40,153 bases of DNA from an uncultured Candidatus Kuenenia sp. (GTDB taxonomy: Bacteria > Planctomycetota > Planctomycetia > Pirellulales > UBA1268). The notes under the pieces are model-generated. The model saw nothing but the letters and a program-made list of their open reading frames with translations, was not told where the DNA came from and ran no database searches. The DNA lies in contig CAZXIG010000001.1 of the NCBI GenBank assembly GCA_964640405.1, positions 1 through 40,153 of the forward strand, given 5' to 3'. The position numbers and the translations under genes were made by a program. This document shows positions 8,957 to 17,502 of the stretch, in pieces (position 1 is the stretch's first letter; each line of letters starts with the position of its first letter).

Positions 8957-11172
8957 CGAACGGAGTGCGGTGGCCTTCGGGTATGATCGGGGCCATGCAT
9001 CGCATGCCGCGGTTCATCGACGAATCGAAGTGTCTGCGCTGGCGCGGGGTCAGGCTCGTGGCCGTCGCGCTCGTGGCCGTGGGCCTGCAAGCGGCCTTCG
9101 CCGACGAGGGCATGTGGCCGTTCAACGGGCTGCCGGCGGAGCGGCTGGCCGAGCGGCACGGAGTGTCGCTGACTCCCGAATGGCTGCTGCGGCTCCAGCA
9201 GTCGTCGGTGCGGTTCAACTCGGGGGGCTCCGGCTCGTTCGTGTCTCCCGACGGGCTCGTGCTCACCAACCACCACGTCGGTGCCGACAGCCTGCAGAAG
9301 CTGAGCGACGCGACCCACGACTACTTCCGCGACGGCTTCGCCGCCGCCACGCGGGCCGAGGAACTGCGGTGTCCGGATCTCGAGCTCAACGTGCTCGTGT
9401 CGATCGAGGACGTGACCGCTCGGGTGCAGGCGGCGGTGACGCCCGCGATGTCGGCCGGCGAGGCGTTCGCGGCCCGCCGCAGGGTGATGGCCGAGATCGA
9501 GCAGGAGTCGCTCGCGGCCACGGGGCTGCGGAGCGACGTGGTGACGCTCTATCAGGGCGGCGCCTACCATCTATATAGAGCGAAGAAATACACCGACGTG
9601 CGGCTCGTCTTCGCCCCGGAGCAGCAGATCGCGTTCTTCGGCGGCGATGCCGACAACTTCGAGTTTCCCCGGTTCAACCTCGACGTCTGCTTCTTTCGGG
9701 CCTACGAGGATGGCCGGCCCGCCCGCGTGCCACACCACCTGACGTGGGCCGCCGATCCCGTCGCCGGCGGCGACCTCGTGTTCGTGTCGGGCCATCCGGG
9801 GCACACGGACCGGGCCGCCACGCTGGCCGAGCTGGAGTCGATGCGGGATCGGCGGCTGCCGGCCGAGGTGCAGCAGCTGCAGCGGCTCGAGTCGCTGCTC
9901 AACGCCTATTCGGCGGAGGGGCCGGAGGAGGGACGGCAGGCGGCCGACGATCTCTTCGGCGTGCGGAACGGCCGCAAGGCGCGGCAGGGCGTGCAGGCGG
10001 GCCTGCTCGATCCGGCGGTGTTCGCCAGGCGGCAGGCCGCTGAACAGCGGATTCGCGCCGCGGTCGATGCCGATCTCGCCGGCAAGCCGTCGCCCTACGA
10101 GCGGATCGCGGAAGCCCAGCGGGAGCTCGATGCGATCGCCGTGCGGCTGCGGCTCTTCGAGGGGGCGGCCGCGTTCAACAGCCGCTTTTTCGCCCATGCA
10201 CGCACGATCCTGCGGTCGGCGGCCGAGCGGCCGAAGCCCACCGGCGAGCGGCTCAGGGAATACCGCGACTCCAATCGCGAGTCGCTCGAGCTGGAGCTGT
10301 TCTCGTCCGAGCCGCTCTACGACGGCTACGAGACGGCGAAGCTCGCCGACTCGCTCACGCACCTCGCCGCGACGCTCGGGGCCGACGAGCCGCTCGTGCG
10401 AGAGGTGCTCGCGGGTGCGTCGCCGCGGGAGCGAGCCGCGGGGCTCGTCCGCGGAACGGGCCTGGGCCGACGAGCGGTCGCCAACGCGGGCAAACAGCCG
10501 GCCGACACCCGCCGGGAGCTCTATGACGGCGGGCAGCAGGCAGTGGATGGCTCGTCCGATTCGATGCTGGCGCTCGCGCGGCTGGTGGACGACGAGTCGC
10601 GCCGGCTGCGGAAGATCGCCGAGGCCGCCCAGGAGGTGAAGCGGCAGGCGCACGCGGAGATCACGCGGGCGCGGTTCGCACGCGAAGGGGCCGCGATGTA
10701 TCCCGACGCCACGTTCACGCTGCGGCTCGCCTGGGGCACCGTACAGGGCTACGAGGAGGGAGGACGACGGATCGAACCGATCACCACCTATGCCGGGCTC
10801 TTCTCGCGGGCGTCCGAGAAGCGCGACACGCCTCCGTTCGATCTGCCGCCGCGGTGGCGGGCGGCCCGCGAATCGCTGGAGCGGGATGCCGGTTTCATGG
10901 CGACGCCCTTCAACTTCGCCTCGACGGCCGACATCATCGGCGGCAACTCGGGCAGCCCGGTGGTGAACCGCGCCGGCGAACTCGTGGGGCTGATCTTCGA
11001 CGGCAACATCCAGTCGCTCGTGCTGGGGATCGCCTACGACGACACGCAGGCCCGCGCCGTATCGGTCGATGCGGCCGGCATCCTGGCAGCCCTGCGGCGC
11101 GTGTATCGGGCCGACTGGCTCGTGGACGAGCTCGTGCCGCGGCTCGCGAAGCAACGAAAGGAAAACCCATGA
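8953..11172 (+). CDS. Peptidase family S46 (dipeptidyl-peptidase 7/11-like serine protease)
   Basis: DEGMWPFNGLP follows a signal sequence. Catalytic His is in LVLTNHHVG and catalytic Ser in IGGNSGSPVVNRAGELVGLIFDGN. The ATG at 8953 overlaps the upstream stop (ATGA). Alternative starts are 8983, 8995 and 9004. The track ORF start at 8635 lies inside the previous gene. Confidence 0.9.
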   Translation: MTNGVRWPSGMIGAMHRMPRFIDESKCLRWRGVRLVAVALVAVGLQAAFADEGMWPFNGLPAERLAERHGVSLTPEWLLRLQQSSVRFNSGGSGSFVSPDGLVLTNHHVGADSLQKLSDATHDYFRDGFAAATRAEELRCPDLELNVLVSIEDVTARVQAAVTPAMSAGEAFAARRRVMAEIEQESLAATGLRSDVVTLYQGGAYHLYRAKKYTDVRLVFAPEQQIAFFGGDADNFEFPRFNLDVCFFRAYEDGRPARVPHHLTWAADPVAGGDLVFVSGHPGHTDRAATLAELESMRDRRLPAEVQQLQRLESLLNAYSAEGPEEGRQAADDLFGVRNGRKARQGVQAGLLDPAVFARRQAAEQRIRAAVDADLAGKPSPYERIAEAQRELDAIAVRLRLFEGAAAFNSRFFAHARTILRSAAERPKPTGERLREYRDSNRESLELELFSSEPLYDGYETAKLADSLTHLAATLGADEPLVREVLAGASPRERAAGLVRGTGLGRRAVANAGKQPADTRRELYDGGQQAVDGSSDSMLALARLVDDESRRLRKIAEAAQEVKRQAHAEITRARFAREGAAMYPDATFTLRLAWGTVQGYEEGGRRIEPITTYAGLFSRASEKRDTPPFDLPPRWRAARESLERDAGFMATPFNFASTADIIGGNSGSPVVNRAGELVGLIFDGNIQSLVLGIAYDDTQARAVSVDAAGILAALRRVYRADWLVDELVPRLAKQRKENP

Positions 11173-12068
11173 ACGCATTCATTCGCCGTCCAGTGCCGCC
11201 GGCCTGCCTGGCCGTGATCGCCGTCCTGCTCGCGACGGCGGCGACGTACGGCCATCGGTCGGCGGCAGCCGAGGCTGGAGACGAGAAGATCACGCTCGCT
11301 GGCCTGCAGCTCGGTCGCCATGTGTCGGGGCCGGCGTGCACCGCCGAATCGCTGGGGCATCGGCCGGTGCTCCTCGAATTCTGGGGAATCCACTGCCCCC
11401 CCTGCCTCAAGAGCCTGCCGCTGCTCGAGGAGATGCACCGCACGCTGGGGCCACAGGGACTCGTCGTGATCGGCGCCCATGCCCAGGAAGGCTCCGCCGA
11501 CGAGATCCGCGCAGCGGTGGCGCAGCGGGAGGTGACCTTCACGATCGTCGAGCAGGCCGCGGTGCAGGGGGGAATGGACTTCACGGGCATTCCCCACTGC
11601 ATGCTCTTCGACCACACGGGGAAGTGCGTCTACCGCGGCTCGCCCTTCGAGGCCGGCGACGCGGTGCTGGCCGCGGTGAAGGCCGCGCCCGGGGCGGTGC
11701 TCCAGGGCCGCACGCTCGTGAAGCTCGCCGCGTTCAACGAGATGGTGAGAAACGAGCGGCAGTACGGGGCCGCGCTCAAGAAGGCCAAGGGCCTCGCCAA
11801 CTCCAAGAACGCCGACACGGCGGCCGAGGCGGCGTTCGTGGTGGAGCGGCTCGAGGCGCATGGCCGGGAAATGCTCGAAGATGCCGGCTCCCGGAAGGGA
11901 GATGATCCGCTCGGCGCGATGGAGGTTCTCCAGCGATGCGCGCTGGCGTACCGCGGCAGCGACATCGGCACGGAGGCGGACCGCACGCTGCGGGAATGGA
12001 AGAAGGATGCGGAGTTTCGTGCGGCCGTGAAGGCCGCCGTCGCCGAGCGTACGGCGCCGGTGCGATGA
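11169..12068 (+). CDS. TlpA/ResA-like periplasmic thioredoxin-fold protein with a helical C-terminal domain
   Basis: Signal/anchor MNAFIRRPVPPACLAVIAVLLATAA. Redox motif EFWGIHCPPCLKSLP. The ATG at 11169 overlaps the S46 stop (ATGA). Confidence 0.8.
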   Translation: MNAFIRRPVPPACLAVIAVLLATAATYGHRSAAAEAGDEKITLAGLQLGRHVSGPACTAESLGHRPVLLEFWGIHCPPCLKSLPLLEEMHRTLGPQGLVVIGAHAQEGSADEIRAAVAQREVTFTIVEQAAVQGGMDFTGIPHCMLFDHTGKCVYRGSPFEAGDAVLAAVKAAPGAVLQGRTLVKLAAFNEMVRNERQYGAALKKAKGLANSKNADTAAEAAFVVERLEAHGREMLEDAGSRKGDDPLGAMEVLQRCALAYRGSDIGTEADRTLREWKKDAEFRAAVKAAVAERTAPVR

Positions 12069-12099
12069 CTTTTCAATGCCGCCGCGTTTGGAGTCGATC

Positions 12100-14544
12100 A
12101 TGCGAACGCCGTTGTCGTTGATGGGACGAATCGCAAGCCTGTGCATGGCGTTGGTCGCCTGTGCAGCCGCCGGCGTCGCGACCGCCGCCGAATGGCGGCC
12201 GCTCTTCGACGGGAAGCGGATGGGGGAATGGAAGGCGACGCGGTTCGGTGGAGAGGGAGAAGTGGCCGTCGTCGACGGCGCGATCCAGATCGGGATGGGG
12301 GCCGACCTCAGCGGCATCACCTGGGGCGGGGAGTTTCCCGAGCAGTCGTACGAGATCTCGCTCGAGGCGCGGCGGGTCGACGGCAACGACTTCTTCTGCG
12401 GGCTCACGTTTCCCGTCGGCGACGAGGCATGCAGCCTGATCCTCGGTGGCTGGGGGGGCGCGGTGACGGGCCTCTCGAGCATCGACGGCCGCGATGCGTC
12501 CGACAACGGCACGACGCAGGTGCGGGCCTACGAGGCGAACCGGTGGTACGAGGTCGTGGTGCGGGTGACGCCCGAGCGGATCGAGTGCTTCATCGACGGC
12601 GAGCCGATCGTCGATCAGCCGCTCGCCGGCCACACGATCTCGATCCGCGGCGAGGTCGAGGCGTCACGGCCGCTCGGCATCTCCACCTACGCCACGACGG
12701 GCGAGGTGCGGAAGATCCGCTGGCGTCCGCTCGGGCCCGCGGCCCCCCCCAACATCGTCCTCGTCCTGGCCGACGACCTGGGCGTGAACGATCTGGGATG
12801 CTACGGCCGGAAGGAACACCGGACACCCCAGCTCGACGCGCTTGCGGCTGAGGGCATGCGGTTCACGTGCGGCTACACGGCCCAGCCGATCTGCTCGCCG
12901 TCGCGGGCCGCGCTCATGACCGGGAAGTGCCCCGCCCGGCTGCACCTCACCAATTTTCTGAACGGGCGGCCCGATGCCGCCTCGCAGCGGCTGTTGCAGC
13001 CGACGATCGAGGGCCAGTTGCCGCTCGAGGAGACGACGCTCGCCGAGTGGCTGCGCGGCGCGGGCTATGCCACGGGCATGTTCGGCAAGTGGCACCTGGG
13101 CGGCACGGGCTTTGGGCCGGCCGAGCAGGGCTTCGACGTCGTGATGATGCCCCCGCAGGACAGCCGCCCCGGCGAAGAGGACGGGGGCAAGAGCGAGTAT
13201 GCGATCACGAAGGCCGCTACGGAGTTCATCACGGCCAATCGCGACCGGCCCTTCTTCTGCTACGTGCCGCACAACAACCCGCACATCCCGCTGGTAGCCA
13301 GGCAGGCCCTCGTCGATACGTACGGCGACACGTTCCATCCCACCTACGCAGCCATGATCGAGACACTCGACGACGCGGTGGGCCGGCTGGTGCGCACGAT
13401 CGACGAACTGGGCCTCGCCGATAACACGATCATTATCTTCACGAGCGACAACGGCGGCCTCCACGCGCCCGAGCCCGCCGGCATTCCGGCGACGCACAAC
13501 ACGCCGTATCGCGCGGGGAAAGGATTCCTCTACGAAGGCGGGCTCCGTGAGCCGCTCATCGTGCGGTGGCCGGGCGTGATCCGGCCGGGCAGCACGACCG
13601 ACACGCCGGTCGTGCTCACCGATCTGGTTCCCACGCTGCTCGAGGCCGCCGGGATCGACGTCGCCAAGACGGTCGGTCCGCTCGACGGCGTGAGCCTCAT
13701 GGGGCTCCTCAAGGGGGGCAGCCTCGCGGAACGGCCCCTGTTCTGGCACTTCCCCAACTACACGAACCAGGGGGGCCGTCCGGCCGGCGCGATGCGGCAG
13801 GGAACCTGGAAGTTGGTGGAACAGTTCGAGGACGGCGGGCTCGAACTCTACGACCTGGCGAACGACATCGGTGAATCCCACAACGTGGCGGCCGAGCAGG
13901 GCGACCGCGCCCGTGCGATGCAGCGCGAACTCGCGGCCTGGCGGGCGCGGGTGGGGGCCCAGATGGGCACGCCGAATCCCGGCTTCGACCCGGCCCTTCA
14001 CAAGCAGCTCTACCTCGACCTGGATCCTTCTCGGATCACGGCCGTCGCGACGGCCGTCGCACTCGACCCGACGTGGGCCGCGTGGCGCGAGAAGATGGCC
14101 GCAGTCGTGGCCGGCACCACGCCACCCGTGACACCCCCCTCGGGCGACGTGCGGCTGCATGCCAAGGACGCGATCGTGCATGGGAAAAAATTGCGGTACG
14201 AGCCCGCGTCGAACAAGAACGTGCTCGGCTTCTGGACAGACCCCGCCGACTGGGCCGAGTGGAAGTTCCCGGCGCCGGCGGCGGGGCTCTACGAGATCGA
14301 GGTCCAGCAGGGGTGCGGCCGGGGCTCCGGTGGCGCACAGGTGGACGTGGAGGTGGGCGGCAAGACGTTTCCGTTCACCGTGGTCGATACGGGCCACTTC
14401 CAGCAGCTCGTGCAGGTGAGCGTGGGCGCGGTGGAGCTGTCGGCGGGCGAGCACACGCTCGCGCTCAGGCCGCGGAGCAAGCCGGGGGTGGCCGTCATGG
14501 ATGTGCGCCGCGTCGTCCTTCGCCCCGTCCGCATGTCCCGTTGA
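12100..14544 (+). CDS. DUF1080 - sulfatase - C-terminal carbohydrate-binding-like domain fusion protein
   Basis: Signal peptide MRTPLSLMGRIASLCMALVACAAAGVATA. DUF1080 opening EWRPLFDGKRMGEWK. Sulfatase signature PNIVLVLADDLG ... CSPSRAALMTGK, with Cys as the formylglycine precursor. The C-terminal ~130 aa is a beta-rich module (DVRLHAKDAIVHG ... GEHTLALRP). An alternative ATG is at 12076. Confidence 0.9.
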   Translation: MRTPLSLMGRIASLCMALVACAAAGVATAAEWRPLFDGKRMGEWKATRFGGEGEVAVVDGAIQIGMGADLSGITWGGEFPEQSYEISLEARRVDGNDFFCGLTFPVGDEACSLILGGWGGAVTGLSSIDGRDASDNGTTQVRAYEANRWYEVVVRVTPERIECFIDGEPIVDQPLAGHTISIRGEVEASRPLGISTYATTGEVRKIRWRPLGPAAPPNIVLVLADDLGVNDLGCYGRKEHRTPQLDALAAEGMRFTCGYTAQPICSPSRAALMTGKCPARLHLTNFLNGRPDAASQRLLQPTIEGQLPLEETTLAEWLRGAGYATGMFGKWHLGGTGFGPAEQGFDVVMMPPQDSRPGEEDGGKSEYAITKAATEFITANRDRPFFCYVPHNNPHIPLVARQALVDTYGDTFHPTYAAMIETLDDAVGRLVRTIDELGLADNTIIIFTSDNGGLHAPEPAGIPATHNTPYRAGKGFLYEGGLREPLIVRWPGVIRPGSTTDTPVVLTDLVPTLLEAAGIDVAKTVGPLDGVSLMGLLKGGSLAERPLFWHFPNYTNQGGRPAGAMRQGTWKLVEQFEDGGLELYDLANDIGESHNVAAEQGDRARAMQRELAAWRARVGAQMGTPNPGFDPALHKQLYLDLDPSRITAVATAVALDPTWAAWREKMAAVVAGTTPPVTPPSGDVRLHAKDAIVHGKKLRYEPASNKNVLGFWTDPADWAEWKFPAPAAGLYEIEVQQGCGRGSGGAQVDVEVGGKTFPFTVVDTGHFQQLVQVSVGAVELSAGEHTLALRPRSKPGVAVMDVRRVVLRPVRMSR

Positions 14545-14568
14545 GCCTTCGGGCCACAGGTCGGAGAA

Positions 14569-15264
14569 ATGACAGAAGATCGGCCCGACAAACTGCGACA
14601 GCGGATTGCCGCCGAGGCGGCCCGGGGCGTGGCGTCGGGCAGCGACGCCACGCGGGCGATGTTTCGCGCGGCCCGCCGCGTGGCCCGCGGCTGGGTGCCG
14701 GACGACCAGCTGCCGAGCCACGACGAAATCCGCAGCGACGTGCAGCGGCGGATCGATCCGGCGGCGGGGCTCGCGCCGCTGATCGGCGACCGCTTCGACT
14801 CCCTGGCGGCGATCGTCGGCGTGCTCGCGACGGTGCGGCAGAATGTGGCCACGCACCCGGAGGGAGACGCGCTCGAGCATTCGCTGCAGGTGTTCGAGCG
14901 GGTGCATGCCGAGCGGCCCTTCGACGAGGAGCTGCTCACGGCGGCGCTCGTGCACGACGTGGGCCGCGCGATCGACCGCGACCGCGTGGTGGAGGCCGGC
15001 ATCGAGGCTCTCGGCGAGTTGATCACGCCGCGGACGCGGTGGCTCGTGGAGGCGTTGCCCCTGGCCGCGGCCTATGCGAACCAGACGCTCGGCCACCGGG
15101 CGCGGCAGCGGCTCGAAGCGCATCCCGATTTCGAGGATGCCCTGCTGCTCGCGGAGGCCGATCGCCGCGGTCACGTGCGGAGCGGCGCCGCGCCGTCGCT
15201 CGACGAGGCGATCGCCATCCTCCGGGAACTCGAGGCGGACGCCGGTGAGCCGCCAGGGGATTGA
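14569..15264 (+). CDS. HD-domain metal-dependent phosphohydrolase
   Basis: 231 aa. H...HD signature (HPEGDALEHSLQVFERV ... AALVHDVGRAI). GGAGA lies just upstream of the ATG. Confidence 0.75.
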   Translation: MTEDRPDKLRQRIAAEAARGVASGSDATRAMFRAARRVARGWVPDDQLPSHDEIRSDVQRRIDPAAGLAPLIGDRFDSLAAIVGVLATVRQNVATHPEGDALEHSLQVFERVHAERPFDEELLTAALVHDVGRAIDRDRVVEAGIEALGELITPRTRWLVEALPLAAAYANQTLGHRARQRLEAHPDFEDALLLAEADRRGHVRSGAAPSLDEAIAILRELEADAGEPPGD

Positions 15265-15288
15265 CGCCGCATGAAACAGATGTATAGT
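15261..15288 (+). promoter_or_regulatory. Sigma-70-like promoter candidate TTGACG-16 nt-TATAGT
   Basis: TTGACG at 15261-15266 and TATAGT at 15283-15288, with a 16-nt spacer ending in TG. It sits in a locally AT-rich patch. The implied ~18-nt leader contains AGGAG (15303-15307) ahead of the ATG at 15314. Confidence 0.4.
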
Positions 15289-15313
15289 ATCTGGCATTCT
15301 TCAGGAGCCAGTC

Positions 15314-15568
15314 ATGGACATCGCCGGAATTCGCGAAGCGTTGCACGCGCAGCCGTTTTCGCCGTTCACGATCCGCTTGGCTGACGGCCGAGCCCTCCAC
15401 GTGCCCCATCCGGATTTCGTGGCCCTGACCCCGCGGCGCGTGATTGTCGGCGCTCTCGACGATACATGGTCTGTCGTGGAGCCGCTGCTGATCGTGTCGC
15501 TGGAACATGCTGCCGGAGCCCCGGGCGGTGATGCAGGCAGTGGTGGAAATGGCCGCAAGGCGGGCTGA
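15314..15568 (+). CDS. Small hypothetical protein (84 aa)
   Basis: AGGAG lies 6 nt upstream of the ATG. GC-rich third positions. The sequence is non-repetitive (MDIAGIREALHAQPFSPFTIRLADGRALHVPHPDFVAL...). I recognise no family. Confidence 0.5.
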   Translation: MDIAGIREALHAQPFSPFTIRLADGRALHVPHPDFVALTPRRVIVGALDDTWSVVEPLLIVSLEHAAGAPGGDAGSGGNGRKAG

Positions 15569-16724
15569 TCGCTGCGTTCTGCGGGCCGCGTTCGCGCTGT
15601 TTGCCTGCGGTCTCGTGATAAGCCGCGGCGCGGTGGCGGTCGCCTGCCCGTTCTGTGGCGTCGTCGGCGAATCGCTCGCCCAGCGGCGGGATCGGGCGGC
15701 CTTGGTCGCCGTGGCCGAGGCGGATGGCAAAGCCGATCCGGACGCGGCCGGTCTGCCAGTGCAGCCGTTCGCGGTGCGGCAGATGATTCGCGGCGAGATC
15801 GACGGCGGCGGTGCGTCGCGGACGATCGTCGCGCGGGTTCCGGCGGCGGTCGAGGGCTCGGCCGTCGTGTTCGGTGACCCCACGGAGGCTGTCGGCCGGT
15901 GGTCGTGGTCGGCGATCGCGGCCGACGAGACGGTGATCGGCCACGTCGTCGCGGCGCCTCCGGTGGCCGAGCCCGCCGAGCAGCGGCTGGCCTGGTTCGC
16001 CAAGCGGCTCGAGCATCCTGATCCCGTGATCGCGACGGACGCCTTCACCGAGTTCGGGCTCGCGCCCTACGAGGCGGTGCGGGCCGCGGCGGGAGCATTC
16101 GACGCCGAGCGGCTGCGGAGTTGGGTGCGCGATGGCACGGGCGACCAGCGGCGGCGCGGCTTTTACGGTCTGGCTCTCGGGCTGGTGGCCGCCACGCGGC
16201 CGAGCGAGCGGGAGGCGGCGGTGACCGTTCTACGAGATGCAATCTCGGCGCCGGCCGACGATTTCCGGGCGGGATTCGACGGCCTGCTTGGCGGGCTGCT
16301 GGTGGCGGAAGGGGAGGCCGGGCTGGCGTTTCTCGATGCCCGCGGGCTGTTCGGCGCCGAGGCCCGGCCCGTGGATCAGCGGCACGCGCTGGCCGCCCTG
16401 CGGTTCGCCTGGGAGAGCCTCGCCGACTCGCTTCCGCGGGCTGCGGTCGCGGCCGCCACTCGCCGGCTGCTCGCCGCGCCCGTCGTGGCGGCCGACGCGA
16501 CGATCGATCTGGCCCGCTACCGGGAGTGGGAAGCGGTCGATGATGTCGCCGCGCTGTGGGGCACGACAGGCCGCGATGATCCGCTCGTCCGCCGAGCCGT
16601 GGCGGGATATCTACTCGCCTGTCCCTTGCCGGAGGCCCGGCTGCGTCTCGAGGCGATCCGCGCAGCCGATCCGGAGCGGCTCGAGGCGGCGGTGCAAGCT
16701 GCCGCATTGCCGGCCGGCCGCTGA
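15549..16724 (+). CDS. Hypothetical membrane-anchored protein with a CPFC motif
   Basis: N-terminal hydrophobic segment AAFALFACGLVISRGAVAVA is followed directly by CPFCG. The rest is Ala/Leu-rich and helical. Possible starts are 15507 (track), 15531 and 15549, and all overlap the end of the 84-aa ORF. I recognise no family. Confidence 0.55.
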   Translation: MAARRADRCVLRAAFALFACGLVISRGAVAVACPFCGVVGESLAQRRDRAALVAVAEADGKADPDAAGLPVQPFAVRQMIRGEIDGGGASRTIVARVPAAVEGSAVVFGDPTEAVGRWSWSAIAADETVIGHVVAAPPVAEPAEQRLAWFAKRLEHPDPVIATDAFTEFGLAPYEAVRAAAGAFDAERLRSWVRDGTGDQRRRGFYGLALGLVAATRPSEREAAVTVLRDAISAPADDFRAGFDGLLGGLLVAEGEAGLAFLDARGLFGAEARPVDQRHALAALRFAWESLADSLPRAAVAAATRRLLAAPVVAADATIDLARYREWEAVDDVAALWGTTGRDDPLVRRAVAGYLLACPLPEARLRLEAIRAADPERLEAAVQAAALPAGR

Positions 16725-16728
16725 CCGG

Positions 16729-17349
16729 CTACTCGGGCGATTGCCCGTCGAGCGCGTCTTTCACGGCCTCCCGCACCTCGCGCCACCGGGTCTTCACGGT
16801 GCGCTCCGAGCAGTCGAGCAGCCGGGCGACCGTCTTCTGGTCGGCGCCGAGGTGCCAGACCAGATGAAACAGCTCACGTTGCTCGGCCGGCAGTCGCTCG
16901 ATCGCCTCGTGAAACGCGGCCCAGCGGTCGAGGTGGTCGTCGGCTGCGGGCATGCGGTCGACGTGGTGCACCACGCTCTGGCCCGGCGTTCTCCCGCGGG
17001 GAGCGATGTTGGTGCCGTGGTTGGCCGCATACGACATCGGGCCGGCGTGGTGCCGGGCGAGATCGATGAGCTCGCGATGGAGCTGCGTGGCCGCGAGGGC
17101 CATCAGGTCGCGGGGGGAGCCGACCGGCACCTGGGCGAGCGCCCGATGCAGTCGCAGCACGGCGTTTTGGAAGACGTCGTCGGTGTCGTCCCAGCGGCGG
17201 ACGGTCGGATAGCCGGCAAGCATCCGATGGGCGAGCGCCCGCAGGCGGTCGGCGCACAGCGAGATGATCTCGTCGCGGGCGGTCAGATCGCCACCGGCGA
17301 GCCGTTCGAGCCGGGCCGCCAGGGCCGAGTTGAGTTCGTCGCGATCCAT
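16729..17349 (-). CDS. ECF-type RNA polymerase sigma factor (PF07638-like)
   Basis: N-terminal LERLAGGDLTARDEIISLCADRLRALAHRML resembles the planctomycetal ECF sigma family. Region 2 is DDTDDVFQNAVLRLH. Region 4 HTH is QRELFHLVWHLGADQKTVARLLDCSERTVKTRWREVREAV. The track start at 17379 is a TTG, and I prefer the ATG at 17349. Confidence 0.85.
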   Translation of the reverse strand: MDRDELNSALAARLERLAGGDLTARDEIISLCADRLRALAHRMLAGYPTVRRWDDTDDVFQNAVLRLHRALAQVPVGSPRDLMALAATQLHRELIDLARHHAGPMSYAANHGTNIAPRGRTPGQSVVHHVDRMPAADDHLDRWAAFHEAIERLPAEQRELFHLVWHLGADQKTVARLLDCSERTVKTRWREVREAVKDALDGQSPE

Positions 17350-17502
17350 CGTGCCGATCCGGATGGGGAGCCCCGCCAAGAGTGTACGCGACCGCGGCCG
17401 GATTTTTGCCCCTCACCGACGCGGCTCTCGCTTATATGAATAGACGTACACCATTTGGTCGGCACGGTTGGTGACCTGCCGACGGGTGAGGAGACCGCTC
17501 GT

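Noticed and set aside
12664-15297. 877-aa minus-strand ORF, the longest unexplained ORF in the track
   Set aside because: It lies antisense to the DUF1080-sulfatase and HD genes, which have clear catalytic signatures. It is extremely Arg/Gly/Pro/Ala-rich with no recognisable domain. It is a high-GC artefact.
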